64,000 bases of DNA, from positions 33,463 to 97,462 of the forward strand of contig JANNBN010000018.1 in the NCBI GenBank assembly GCA_031385545.1, written 5' to 3'. Numbering within the stretch: position 1 is the first letter of the stretch; every line of letters starts with the position of its first letter. The position numbers and the translations under genes were made by a program. The DNA comes from Acidimicrobiia bacterium. Lineage in GTDB: Bacteria; Actinomycetota; Acidimicrobiia; Acidimicrobiales; JANYDT01. Below the pieces are notes generated by a model that was not told the origin of the DNA, did no database searches, and was given only the letters and a program-made list of their open reading frames with translations. Shown here piece after piece: positions 8,149-17,915 of the stretch.

Positions 8149-9669
8149 GTGGGTACCCAGATCACGACGGTCGAGGTTGCTGCTTTGCTTGCTCTGGCGC
8201 AGGACCATTCGTTCGGCCAGCCGCCAGGGTCACAGCTCCGCGCCACGGTGATCGCACAGCATCTCGCCACTGCGGCAGGACTGACTCCCACAGAACGCGC
8301 CCATGTCTGGTGGACCTCGACCCTGCGGTTCCTCGGCTGTACGGGCCATGCGTTCGACACTGCGGTCGTCTTCGGAGACGAGATCGAGTTACGCGCAGCC
8401 TCCCTGCACGCCGACTTCTCGAGTACCGCGGAGGTATTGCGGTTGATGGTCGAACGCGCTGGATCGGACCGTTCAGGAAGCGCCCGCATTCGCTCGGTAC
8501 TCGCTGTCCTGGCCGGCGGCCAGAAGGCGGCCGAACTCAACTTCCGGATGGCGTGCGAGGTCGCCGATTCGTTCGCCCAGCGGCTCGGCATAGCCGACCC
8601 GGTCCGCCTCGCTCTTGCTGCGAACTTCGAGCGATGGAACGGCCGTGGTCTGCCGAAACATGTGAAGGGCAACGAAATCCCCATACCTATGCGGGTGGCA
8701 CAGCTCAGCCAGGAGCTGGAAGTTTTCGCACGTGTCGATGACGTCGCCAGCGCGGTGGAAATGGTCGCCGACCGCTCAGGCAGAGCGTACGACCCTGCGC
8801 TTGCGAACCTTGTCGGCGCGAACGCCGAGGAGTGGTTCGCCTCGATCAACGATGTCGACCCGTGGGACGCTGCGCTTGCGCTCGCGCCGCCCAGCCCTCC
8901 ACTTGGCGCGGCGGCAGCACGCGATGCGCTGTTGGTTCTCGCCGACTTCGCTGACCTCAAGTGCCCGTGGATGAGCGGGCACTCGCGGACGGTAGCGGCT
9001 CTGGCGCTCGAGGCCGGAGGCCCTGATGCCGAAGCTGCGGCGCTGGTCCACGATTTCGGGGTTGTGGCCGTGCCGAACACGATCTGGGACAAACGCGGCG
9101 CGTTGACGCGCGACGAACGAGACCGCGCCGAGAGCCACTCGCTGATCACCGAACAACTGCTGCGTCGGGTGCCGTACACCGCGGCCCTTTCGGGTCGCGC
9201 CGGAGCAGCCCATGAACGCGTCGACGCGACGGGCTACCACCGCCGTTGCGGTGCAGCGCAACTCGACCTGACGCAGCGCATCGTCGCAGCCGCCGACTGC
9301 TACCAGGCGATGACATCGGAACGTCCCCATCGTGGCGCACTGACGCGCGAAGCAGCCGTTTCTGAGATGCGTGCGATGAGCCGTGCGGGACAACTGGACG
9401 GTGAAGCTGTCGAACGAGTGCTCGAGGCCGCCGGCAATCGTCGTACCGCCAGGCCACCGTTGCCGGCCGGGCTCACGACCCGCGAGGCCGAGGTGCTGCG
9501 TCTCCTCACTCTGGGCCTTACCACTCGCGAGGTCGCTCGGCAGTTGACGATAACGGCGAAGACCGCCGATCACCATGTCCAGCACATCTATACAAAGATC
9601 GGCGTCTCCACTCGAGGCGCAGCAGCGCTTTTCGCAATCGAGCACGGCATTCTGCCGGGCGACACCTGA
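8149..9669 (+). CDS. Tandem HD-GYP-like domains fused to a C-terminal LuxR HTH
   Basis: FERWNGRGLP, LVHDFG and HERVDATGYH motifs; LTTREAEVLRLL...HVQHIYTKIGV HTH. GTG start at 8149 follows TACACT; alternative ATG at 8092. Confidence 0.88.
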   Translation: MGTQITTVEVAALLALAQDHSFGQPPGSQLRATVIAQHLATAAGLTPTERAHVWWTSTLRFLGCTGHAFDTAVVFGDEIELRAASLHADFSSTAEVLRLMVERAGSDRSGSARIRSVLAVLAGGQKAAELNFRMACEVADSFAQRLGIADPVRLALAANFERWNGRGLPKHVKGNEIPIPMRVAQLSQELEVFARVDDVASAVEMVADRSGRAYDPALANLVGANAEEWFASINDVDPWDAALALAPPSPPLGAAAARDALLVLADFADLKCPWMSGHSRTVAALALEAGGPDAEAAALVHDFGVVAVPNTIWDKRGALTRDERDRAESHSLITEQLLRRVPYTAALSGRAGAAHERVDATGYHRRCGAAQLDLTQRIVAAADCYQAMTSERPHRGALTREAAVSEMRAMSRAGQLDGEAVERVLEAAGNRRTARPPLPAGLTTREAEVLRLLTLGLTTREVARQLTITAKTADHHVQHIYTKIGVSTRGAAALFAIEHGILPGDT

Positions 9670-9701
9670 CGAACCGCTTCGAATTCCGCTCGGGAGCGGT
9701 G

Positions 9702-10574
9702 TCAGCTTGCTGGTGGGGATGCTGCCTGGTTCGAGCGGTATCTGTTTCGCAGCTCTCGCATCGAAATCAAGGTGAACGGCTGCCGGTCGAGCCATTCCTT
9801 CCAGGCCGGTGAACCGAAGAGCGCGTATTCGTCTGTACGCACATGACTTGTGCCCGGCTCGATCAAATCAACCTCGCCGGGCGCGTTCGGGTGGAATGCG
9901 CAAAATGCGAGATTACCGTGCACGTTCCCGAGGAGCGCCCGGTAATTCACCGCTGCCGAAGCCGATCGGTTGAAGTCGGTCTCAAGCACGAGATCGAACA
10001 CCGGCAACCCGGCACTCCGAGCCGCTCCGACGAACGGCGCAAAGGCACTCTCGTCGACACCCGCCACGTGATTGTTGGGTGCGTACGCGGCGAGCGTTGC
10101 AGTGATCACGATCGGCACCGCGAACTCCACGCCGATTGCGACGAAGCGGTCGCACCACTCGGGGGCGAGGGCTGAGCCCATGTGCGCGTCCAGATGCGTC
10201 ACGTCGATACCCATGGCAAGTGCTCGCTCTATCTGCGCCCGCCACTCGGCCTCGACGGCATCTGGGTGCGCGTGCTCGCGCACGGCCGAAACGGTGTGCC
10301 ACAGGTAGCCATCGGCATCCATCAGCCCCGAGGACCGGGAAGCGTTGCTGACCGGCCGCCAGCGGTAGTGCGACTTTTCAGCGTTGAGCGTGAGGTGTAC
10401 GCCGACGTCGAGTGATGGGTCTTGGGCGGCCAGTTCGGCGATCTCCGGAAACCACGGACACGGCACCATCACCGACCCGCTGGTGATGGTCCCCGCGTGT
10501 GACAACTCGACAAATGCTCGGTTCGCTCCGTGGCACATACCCACGTCGTCGGCGTGGATGACAAGCTCAATCAT
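9702..10574 (-). CDS. ChbG/HpnK (YdjC) family deacetylase
   Basis: IHADDVG, GVHLTL and THLDAHMG motifs. Confidence 0.88.
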   Translation of the reverse strand: MIELVIHADDVGMCHGANRAFVELSHAGTITSGSVMVPCPWFPEIAELAAQDPSLDVGVHLTLNAEKSHYRWRPVSNASRSSGLMDADGYLWHTVSAVREHAHPDAVEAEWRAQIERALAMGIDVTHLDAHMGSALAPEWCDRFVAIGVEFAVPIVITATLAAYAPNNHVAGVDESAFAPFVGAARSAGLPVFDLVLETDFNRSASAAVNYRALLGNVHGNLAFCAFHPNAPGEVDLIEPGTSHVRTDEYALFGSPAWKEWLDRQPFTLISMRELRNRYRSNQAASPPAS

Positions 10575-11452
10575 CGTGGCTCCTCGATCCCGGCGACGAA
10601 CTCGGCAGCCTCGCCGCTTTGCTCTGCGAAATCCCCGATGACCCGCACTTTGCCATCGGTACCACGCAAGGCTGCAAGTGGATCCTGCTGGTCACCGACG
10701 TAGCCGAGCGCGAACGCGCCCTGCTGGTAGCCCATCAGCCGCAGCAGGTCGTCGTCGAGAGTTCGGGCTACCTCGGGAGGGCACCCCAGGAACTGGTTCT
10801 CTTCTTGACGCACCCAGCCGACCGAGTAGGTGATGTTGACGCCCCGACGCACTCCGTCGGAGCGGTTCGCGCCCCCGCCGTGCACGACCTTGCCGTCGTA
10901 GAACAGCACACTGCCGCGCCGCATCTCGGCCTGGAACTCGGGCAGGCTCGCCGCCGCCGCGTCGCTCACAGTGGAGCTGCCCGGAACGACATGGGTCGCG
11001 CCGTTTTCCACGGTGAAATCCGTCAGTGCCCACATGGTGTTGCATTGCACGTGGTAGTCGGTGGGGAACGGGAAGAAGTCGAACGCCATCTGATCACGAT
11101 GAAGCTTCTGCGCCGTCTCGCCCGGCTCGATGGAAATCAGTTGGGTGAGGTGCAGCTGGACCGCCGTGACGTGCGACAGGAGTGCCTTGGCAACACCGAG
11201 CGCCACCGGATGCGTCACGAGTTCACGCGACGCTGGGCACCGCGCAATCAGTGCGCCGGTCCGGCGTGTGTATCGACCGTCGTACACGTCACGGCCATGC
11301 GCTGAGCGCTCGACGAACGGCAACACCTCACGTTCCAACTGATCAAGCAAGGCAGCGTCTGCGACTTCATCGACGATCGCGTAGCCCTGCGCTCGCAAAT
11401 GCTCTGCGACCGTTGCCGGGTCAGCGTCTGACGGAAAATGGTGAAGTCCCAT
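10571..11452 (-). CDS. Phytanoyl-CoA dioxygenase (PhyH) family protein
   Basis: QKLHRD, WALTDFTVENGATHVVPGS and HGGGAN motifs; start set at the ATG at 11452. Confidence 0.9.
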   Translation of the reverse strand: MGLHHFPSDADPATVAEHLRAQGYAIVDEVADAALLDQLEREVLPFVERSAHGRDVYDGRYTRRTGALIARCPASRELVTHPVALGVAKALLSHVTAVQLHLTQLISIEPGETAQKLHRDQMAFDFFPFPTDYHVQCNTMWALTDFTVENGATHVVPGSSTVSDAAAASLPEFQAEMRRGSVLFYDGKVVHGGGANRSDGVRRGVNITYSVGWVRQEENQFLGCPPEVARTLDDDLLRLMGYQQGAFALGYVGDQQDPLAALRGTDGKVRVIGDFAEQSGEAAEFVAGIEEPR

Positions 11453-11514
11453 CGGCGCATCGTAGAAGCCTGGCAAATCGCTTCGTGCAAGACTTCGACC
11501 GCTCGTCGTCGGTG

Positions 11515-11940
11515 CTACTGGCCGACAAACTCATACGTCACTCCGAGCAGATCGTATGTGCGCCGAGCACGATGGTCACGAGTGAGCAGCCGACAACCGT
11601 TGACCCGGGCAGCCTCGCTGACAAGCGCGTCGTACACGGCTCCTCCAACGATGCCAATCAGGCTGAGACGGGCGAAGAGCGCGTCCGAGGCGTCCGACTC
11701 AAGCCAACAGGTCGACGGAAACACACGTCCGATGATCGATGAGGCGGTGGGCGGATCGACCGCCAGTTGTCCTGGGAGACGGGTCAGGACGGCATAGGTC
11801 TCGAAAGCTGCGTGTCCGCTGAGACTCGGACGACGCACCCGTACTGCGTCGCGACACTGCGCGTGCGACACGTGCGAGGCGTCGAGGGCCGCCACGGCGA
11901 CACTGGTATCGGCAGCCCAGCGTTCAGCGCTGGTCGGCAT
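11515..11940 (-). CDS. vapC: PIN-domain (VapC-like) toxin
   Basis: AADTSV, FETYAVLTR, GAVYDALV and LLTRD acidic PIN motifs; overlaps the antitoxin stop. Confidence 0.88.
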   Translation of the reverse strand: MPTSAERWAADTSVAVAALDASHVSHAQCRDAVRVRRPSLSGHAAFETYAVLTRLPGQLAVDPPTASSIIGRVFPSTCWLESDASDALFARLSLIGIVGGAVYDALVSEAARVNGCRLLTRDHRARRTYDLLGVTYEFVGQ

Positions 11941-12169
11941 CTCGCCACCGCTGGACGTCGGCATCGGTCATGGCCAGTCCTTCGACGTGTTCGAGCGCAG
12001 GCCACCCGTCGACCTCGACGATGACTCGCCCGGGTTTTCGAACCGGAGAAAGGCGGATCTCGTCGCCGTCGGTCGTGATCTCGACCTCGGCGTCGACACC
12101 GAGCGACAGACGGTCGCGGATCTCCTTCGGGATCACAATCCGGCCAGCTTTATCGATGGATACCATCAT
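11924..12169 (-). CDS. AbrB/MazE/SpoVT-family antitoxin
   Basis: SIDKAGRIVIPKEIRDRLSL is an AbrB signature; upstream of the PIN gene; TAGCGT lies 7 nt before the ATG. Confidence 0.9.
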   Translation of the reverse strand: MMVSIDKAGRIVIPKEIRDRLSLGVDAEVEITTDGDEIRLSPVRKPGRVIVEVDGWPALEHVEGLAMTDADVQRWRDADQR

Positions 12170-12350
12170 GGTTGCCACGCTACCATCAAGGTCTCCGGCC
12201 GCGCCGTCGGTATCTCGTTCGCTCAGTCGCTCCCAGAGCGACTTCGTGCACGAACTCGAGGTCTTGTTGCGGCGTCGTTTACCTGGTCGCAAACCCTGCG
12301 TTGTGTGCGGTCCGTACGGTTGACACACCACCCCATCTCAAGGAGCCTCG

Positions 12351-13589
12351 GTGACCCTCCCCCGTTCTTTTCGCCTGACGCGGTTCGCCGCAATCACCCT
12401 TGCAGGTGCAGTCGGCCTGGCAGTACCCGTCAACCAGGCGCTCGCCCAGACCCTGCAGCTCGACACCTCCTTGACCGTCTCAGGGTCAGGTTCGACGTTC
12501 ATGTCGAACTTCGTGGAGCAGTGCAAGGCCGACGTCAAGAAATCCTTCAACATCAACTTGACGTACCAGGCATCTGGCTCCGGCGCTGGTCGAAGCGCCT
12601 TCATCAATGCGACCACGGATTTCGCCGGGTCAGACGTTGCGTTCACGAAGAACGAACTTGCGTCCGTCAAGAACCCCTTCGTCTACATCCCCATCACCAT
12701 CGGCGGAATCGCGGTGATCTACAAGGTTCCCGGCGTGACCGACCTTCGCCTGAGCGGACCGACCCTCGCGAAAATCTTTGGTGGATCGATCGCAAAGTGG
12801 AACGACGACGCAATCGCCAAAGAAAACCCTGGTGCAACGCTGCCGTCGGAGACCATCCGCGTGATTGTACGGTCAGACTCGTCAGGTACGTCGAACGTGT
12901 TCACCGATTATCTCGACACTGCAGGTGGAGGCAACTGGAAGAAGGGGGTCACCTCCACTTTCCCGGTGCCCGCGGGTACCGGCGTGGCGCAGCGCGGATC
13001 CGATGGCGTCACCAACTACGTGGCAGGCGCTCAGGGGAATTTCGCAATCACGTACGCCGAGTCGAGCTTTGCCGAAGAACGCAAGCTTTCCGTCGCAAAG
13101 GTGATCAACACCGCGGGCGAGTCGGTCTCTCCCGAACCGGCTGCCATTGCCGAAGCGATGAGCGACGCCAAGACACAGGACGACGGAACGCTGTTCCTCA
13201 ACTTCCTGACAGCGAAGCCGAATGCGTATCCCATCTCAACGACGGCTTACCTCATCGCACCACAGACGATCGACGCGAAGAAGGGTGACGTGCTCCGCAC
13301 GTTTCTCACGTACGCGCTCGGCGGTTGTCAGGCCAAGGCCGACAGGCTCGGATACGCACCACTGCCGAAAAACCTCGTCGACCTCGGACTTGCGGCTTTG
13401 GCGAAGGTGAACCCGGGCTCTGCTCCAGTACCAACTCTTGCCGGCTCCGGTTCTGCACCAGCAGGCACCGCCACGACGATCGCTGCGGTTCCCACGACGA
13501 AGGCATCTGCGGCACCGACCACAGCCAAGAAGGCGACCAAGAAGGTCACCACGACCAAGAAGAAGCCGACAACCACGAAGAAGAAGTAG
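12351..13589 (+). CDS. pstS: Phosphate-binding protein PstS with Thr/Lys-rich tail
   Basis: Signal peptide; GSGSTF, SGSGAGR, DFAGSD, RSDSSGTS and AYPI motifs; AAGGAG RBS. Confidence 0.93.
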   Translation: MTLPRSFRLTRFAAITLAGAVGLAVPVNQALAQTLQLDTSLTVSGSGSTFMSNFVEQCKADVKKSFNINLTYQASGSGAGRSAFINATTDFAGSDVAFTKNELASVKNPFVYIPITIGGIAVIYKVPGVTDLRLSGPTLAKIFGGSIAKWNDDAIAKENPGATLPSETIRVIVRSDSSGTSNVFTDYLDTAGGGNWKKGVTSTFPVPAGTGVAQRGSDGVTNYVAGAQGNFAITYAESSFAEERKLSVAKVINTAGESVSPEPAAIAEAMSDAKTQDDGTLFLNFLTAKPNAYPISTTAYLIAPQTIDAKKGDVLRTFLTYALGGCQAKADRLGYAPLPKNLVDLGLAALAKVNPGSAPVPTLAGSGSAPAGTATTIAAVPTTKASAAPTTAKKATKKVTTTKKKPTTTKKK

Positions 13590-13592
13590 CGA

Positions 13593-13868
13593 CTACGGCG
13601 AATCGCTGGCGACCGTGTCCGGTTCGACCATGTCCGGTTCGACCGTGTCGGTGCGCGTGTCGCGCCGGACAGTCGACCAGCGTCTGCACCCGGCTTCGTG
13701 GAACCAGCGTTCGGCAATCGGGCCGGCATCGTTGTCAAGGAACCACACGTAGTCCAGGTTGCGGGCTTCGTCGCCAACCACGTGATCGGGCACGTGCGGG
13801 AACGCGCCGCCCCACCGGAACTCTTCGACGGAACGGGGGCCGCAGCTGGTGCACGGAATGGCGAGCAT
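13593..13868 (-). CDS. soxD: Sarcosine oxidase delta-like subunit
   Basis: IPCTSCGPR..EEFRWGG and ERWFHEAGCRRW zinc ligands; start at 13868. Confidence 0.88.
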   Translation of the reverse strand: MLAIPCTSCGPRSVEEFRWGGAFPHVPDHVVGDEARNLDYVWFLDNDAGPIAERWFHEAGCRRWSTVRRDTRTDTVEPDMVEPDTVASDSP

Positions 13869-13879
13869 CGGACAGGCTC

Positions 13880-15091
13880 CTATTTCGTTCCGGTGGAGCC
13901 CTGGTCGGCCAGCACGTGGTCGCGTTGGAAACGGTCGATGGCGAACGGCTTGATCATCTCGGGCACCGTACCGGTGGCGAGATATTCCGCAAGCTGTTGA
14001 CCCCCAGCGGGAATTGCCTTGAATCCCCATGTGCCCCAGCCTGTGCTGATGGCAAGATTGTCGATACCGGTGGGCCCGATGATCGGGGTGAAGTCCAGGC
14101 TGACATCGCAACGACCGGTCCACTGGCGGAGGATCTTCAGGTTGTGCACGAATGGCAGAAGGTATTGGCACTTAGCAGCCACGGACTGGAACGAACGCCA
14201 CGTGCTCTGTTGGCTGTAGCTGGTCTGCGCCTCGTATTCGGCTCCCATCAGCAGCTGGCCTCGGGCGGTCTGCGACACGTAGAACAGCAGCTCTGTGGAG
14301 CTGACGATCGTTTGCAGGCCTTTGGCGTAGCCGTTGGTCACGAAAGCCTGCAGCGGATGGGTGCGGATGGGCAGGCGGAGCTTTGCATGTTTGGCAACCT
14401 CGGAGACGTTGCCACCGACTGCCAAGACGACATGCCCAGCACTGATGCTTCCCCGATTCGTCTGTACACCGACGACCTTGTTGCCTGCCATGTCGAACCC
14501 GGTGACGGTGGTGTGCTGGTGCACGTCGACGCCAAGCCGCATTGCTCCTTGGGCGAGCGCCCAGACCACCCTGTCGTGGCGGGCCGATGCACCCGGCACG
14601 TGATAGCTGCCGCCCAGAACCGGGTATCGCCCGCCGCCGGACACGTCGAGCTGCGGACAGATACGTTTGGCCTCGGCACCGTCAATCAGTTGCGTATCGA
14701 CGCCCATCGCCTGGTTCAGCAGGCAACGAGCTCGTTCAGCGCGCATACCACTTTCGGTGTGGGCAAGCCAAATGATGCCTTTAGTTGCATGCATGATCCA
14801 GCAGCCGGTTTCGGCTTCGAGCGTCTCATAGAGGCGCAGCGAATGATCATAGAAGCGAACGCTCTCGGGCACTCCGTAGTTGGACCGGATGATGGTTGTG
14901 TTGCGGCCTGTGTTGCCGCTGCCGATGTAGTCGCGTTCAATGACGGCCACGTTGGTGATGCCGTGGCGCGTTGCCAAGTAATACGCCGTCGACAGACCGT
15001 GGCCTCCCCCGCCGATGATCACGACGTCGTAGTGGCGTTTCATCTCGGATGGCCATTGGAGCTGAAGCAGTGTTTCCACGAACTCGTTCAT
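13880..15091 (-). CDS. soxB: Sarcosine oxidase beta-like FAD subunit
   Basis: IIGGGGHGLSTAYYLA, GNTGRNTTIIRSNY, ARHDRV and GWGTWGFKA motifs. Confidence 0.92.
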   Translation of the reverse strand: MNEFVETLLQLQWPSEMKRHYDVVIIGGGGHGLSTAYYLATRHGITNVAVIERDYIGSGNTGRNTTIIRSNYGVPESVRFYDHSLRLYETLEAETGCWIMHATKGIIWLAHTESGMRAERARCLLNQAMGVDTQLIDGAEAKRICPQLDVSGGGRYPVLGGSYHVPGASARHDRVVWALAQGAMRLGVDVHQHTTVTGFDMAGNKVVGVQTNRGSISAGHVVLAVGGNVSEVAKHAKLRLPIRTHPLQAFVTNGYAKGLQTIVSSTELLFYVSQTARGQLLMGAEYEAQTSYSQQSTWRSFQSVAAKCQYLLPFVHNLKILRQWTGRCDVSLDFTPIIGPTGIDNLAISTGWGTWGFKAIPAGGQQLAEYLATGTVPEMIKPFAIDRFQRDHVLADQGSTGTK

Positions 15092-15480
15092 GCGAGCCGC
15101 TCCTCCATTTCGTGAGCATGCGCGGTTGCGACCATGAGCAACGCTTCGGTGGTGTCAGGCGGTAGCCACACCTTGGCGGGTATTCCCGCCACCAGGCCCT
15201 GTCCGACGCCGGGACGGTTCGGCAACGGCCACTCGCAGAGCGACGCGAGCCGGACGGTGAGCGTGTGCTCTGCGAACCAGGCACCGCTCCACCCGGTGTC
15301 GTGTTCAACGATCGCCTGCACGGGAAACTCTGCGCGCAGATCATTGGGGTCGGAGAATGAAAAGGCCTCGTCGGACGAGATCCGTATGTCTGCAGACGAA
15401 AGCACAGCATCGAGGGCAGCCGCGGGGCCGACGATGCGGGAGAGTTCGAGTTGGATGAGTTCAGGCCCGCGCACGTGCAC
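15088..15480 (-). CDS. Probable sarcosine oxidase gamma-like subunit
   Basis: Lies between the alpha and beta genes and overlaps both; DTGWSG...GLVAGIPAKVW...AHEMEERL fits a small GcvT-fragment-like fold. Start uncertain (15474 or 15480). Confidence 0.55.
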   Translation of the reverse strand: MHVRGPELIQLELSRIVGPAAALDAVLSSADIRISSDEAFSFSDPNDLRAEFPVQAIVEHDTGWSGAWFAEHTLTVRLASLCEWPLPNRPGVGQGLVAGIPAKVWLPPDTTEALLMVATAHAHEMEERLA

Positions 15481-17692
15481 CCTCCGGATCGTAGAAGGGA
15501 GTCTCGGCGAGCGTTGCGACCCGTCCGTCGACGACGTACGAGGTCGGGATGCCGCCGTCAGGATCCCAATCACGTTTCAACATGGCAAGAGCGATGCTCT
15601 TGCCAATCAGCGGTGAGGCAAACGCCGTGGTGACGTGCCCGATGATGGTGGTGCCGTCTGCGGCGAACATCGGGCAACCCTCTGTGGGCATGGGACCTTC
15701 GAGGGTGAGCCCGACGAGTTTTCGGTAATCGACGAGCGGAGCGGTGCGGGCCAACGCTTCTTGACCGAGGAAGAACCGCTTGCTCATCTTGACCGCCCAT
15801 TCATGGCTGATGCGCCTGGGGGTGGTGTCGAGTTCGGTGTCGAGGCCCACGATCACGTGACCCTTCTCCAGCCGCAGACCGAACAGCGCTTGAAGGCCGT
15901 GCGGCTTGATGCCCAGGTCCTTCCCCGCGGCGAGCAAAGCACGCCACAACTCCACGCTTCGATTCCACGGGTGATGCAGTTCCCAGCTGGCCTCGCCGGT
16001 GAAACTCAGACGCATGGCGTGGCATGGGACACCAGCTACGTCGAGGCGTCGGTGCTGGAGGAACTTCGGCACATCTTCGGACACGACACCGCAACGTTGC
16101 AGCAGCTCGCGACCCAGCGGGCCGGTGACATTGATCGCCGCCAGGCTGGTCGTGCGATCCATGATGTGCACATCAAGCTGCCAGGTCTCGGCCCAGTCCC
16201 GCAGCCACGCCTCTGCGTTGGTCGCACCGCCCGAGGTGAAGCTCAACGTGAACCATGGGACAGCTGCGCCGTCAACCCCCGCCCGGTCGTCTTCGCGCAG
16301 CACCATGCCGTCGTCGAACAGATGGCCGCGTTCGTTGAGGACGAGGACATAGCGGGATCGACCCGGTCTGATATCGGCGATGGTTGTCGGATAGATGCGT
16401 TCCAGGAACTCCACAGCATCGGGACCGCTCACGATGAGCTTGCCCAGCGTGCTGACGTCGCCGATGCTGACCGCTTCGCGTACCGCCCAGTACTCAGCCA
16501 CGTGATCGCCGTAGTTCCACGGCCGCCACCATCCGCCGAACCGGTCCATGGTTGCGCCAAGTGCCAGATGCTCGTGATGCAGCGGCGAGCGCTTCCACGG
16601 ATCGGAAAAGTATCCGGCGCTCGCTTCGCCCATCGTCACCTGCTTGGCAGCGGCACGAGCGGTGAACGGCAGAGCCTGACCCGGATCGTCGGCGCGGGCA
16701 GCGATGAACGCCTGGAGGTGAGGCAGACACGCTGCGCCCTGACACGTACCGGTGCCGAAGAGGGCCGAACGCTTCATCAGCTCGGTCTCACGAAATCCCC
16801 GATCCCATACTCCCTGCATGTCCTCGACGGTGATCTTGGAACACGCGCACGCCACACCGGCAACAGGCGAAGGAGGAAGCTCGAACGCCTGCGCAGCAGA
16901 GCCGACCGCACCCACGCCGGAAACAGTCTGCATACGTACTAATACATCGCGCGGCGCACGCCCAATAGCCACAACAACCGAGTCGGCCGGGACAAAGCCC
17001 TGCCCTGTCGACACGCCCGTGACCTTGCCGTCCTCGCCATGGATCTCTACAACGTCTCGGCCCACCGTGGCCGTTCGGCCGAGATCGATACCCACTACTC
17101 GTAGGGCTTCGGCTGCGCTTGCCGTGTAGATCCCGTGTGCCGTGTTGCCCGCCACGACGGGCACCAGGTCCGTTGCCCCGGTTGCGAGCACGATCTGGTG
17201 TGCGTGGACATGCAACATGGCTGTGTCGGTGCGCACGATTGCTATCGGCCCCGCATAGATCGCGACGACTTCGTACCCATCTCCTGCGTCGTAGACCGTG
17301 ACGGCCCGCCCGGCGGCTCGGAGTTCGTCAGCCGCAGCAAGCCCGCTGCTTCCTGCCCCAACGACGACCGCATCGAGGTGCAGATACTCGACGTTGTGTT
17401 CCGAACCTGTCGTCGGCCCGCCGAACAACGACGGTGCAGCTCCGTCTGGGTGGCGTTCGACGACCATGCCTGGGCGGGCACTGATCTGGCACGTGCGTGC
17501 CCAGGAGACACCGTCGACGGTGGCCACACAGTTCCCGCAATCGCCGCTGAGGCACAGTGTTCCGCCGTGGGCCGGGGCCTGCCCATTGCGAATGGCGACA
17601 ACGGCAACCGTGTCACCCGGTTGCGCTTCGATCAGTTGGCCGTCGTAGACGATGCGGAAGGGACGCGGCGAAGGGTTCGAGGGTGCAGCCAT
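15461..17692 (-). CDS. Sarcosine oxidase alpha-like subunit (2Fe-2S, Rossmann, BFD-like and GcvT domains)
   Basis: CLSGDCGNC..RTC, VVGAGSSGLAAA, CACS...GTGTCQG..C, DVSTLGK, SFTGEASWE and LRLEKGH motifs. Confidence 0.85.
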   Translation of the reverse strand: MAAPSNPSPRPFRIVYDGQLIEAQPGDTVAVVAIRNGQAPAHGGTLCLSGDCGNCVATVDGVSWARTCQISARPGMVVERHPDGAAPSLFGGPTTGSEHNVEYLHLDAVVVGAGSSGLAAADELRAAGRAVTVYDAGDGYEVVAIYAGPIAIVRTDTAMLHVHAHQIVLATGATDLVPVVAGNTAHGIYTASAAEALRVVGIDLGRTATVGRDVVEIHGEDGKVTGVSTGQGFVPADSVVVAIGRAPRDVLVRMQTVSGVGAVGSAAQAFELPPSPVAGVACACSKITVEDMQGVWDRGFRETELMKRSALFGTGTCQGAACLPHLQAFIAARADDPGQALPFTARAAAKQVTMGEASAGYFSDPWKRSPLHHEHLALGATMDRFGGWWRPWNYGDHVAEYWAVREAVSIGDVSTLGKLIVSGPDAVEFLERIYPTTIADIRPGRSRYVLVLNERGHLFDDGMVLREDDRAGVDGAAVPWFTLSFTSGGATNAEAWLRDWAETWQLDVHIMDRTTSLAAINVTGPLGRELLQRCGVVSEDVPKFLQHRRLDVAGVPCHAMRLSFTGEASWELHHPWNRSVELWRALLAAGKDLGIKPHGLQALFGLRLEKGHVIVGLDTELDTTPRRISHEWAVKMSKRFFLGQEALARTAPLVDYRKLVGLTLEGPMPTEGCPMFAADGTTIIGHVTTAFASPLIGKSIALAMLKRDWDPDGGIPTSYVVDGRVATLAETPFYDPEGARARA

Positions 17693-17778
17693 GACAGTTC
17701 GACTGTAGGCCAACGATCCAGCCGGAGTGAATTGGACCGGTAAACCGGCCGGAGTGAACCGCCTCCCCGCCCACCGCT

Positions 17779-17895
17779 CCAACCTCGCCCGCACAGCAGC
17801 CAACGTTGTGAATCACAGCCGCAGGAGCGCCAGATTTCGCAACGTTGGTTGTGGAGACACCACACGTTGGTTGCACAAAACCCAACGTTGGTTCC
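17779..17895. repeat. CAACGTTG-family nested inverted-repeat element, copy A
   Basis: cagccaacgttgtgaatc pairs with gatttcgcaacgttggttg. ACGTTGG recurs at 17842, 17864 and 17885. Confidence 0.75.
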
Positions 17896-17915
17896 TCAGC
17901 ATGAGGTTCGCGGCG

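Noticed and set aside
11515-12169. Toxin-antitoxin pair as part of a defence island
   Set aside because: It is a single ordinary AbrB-PIN pair flanked by metabolic genes, with no other defence genes.
12266-12283. PHO box upstream of pstS (GTTGCGG-N4-GTTTACC)
   Set aside because: The 11-bp spacing is right but the first unit matches poorly; too weak to call.
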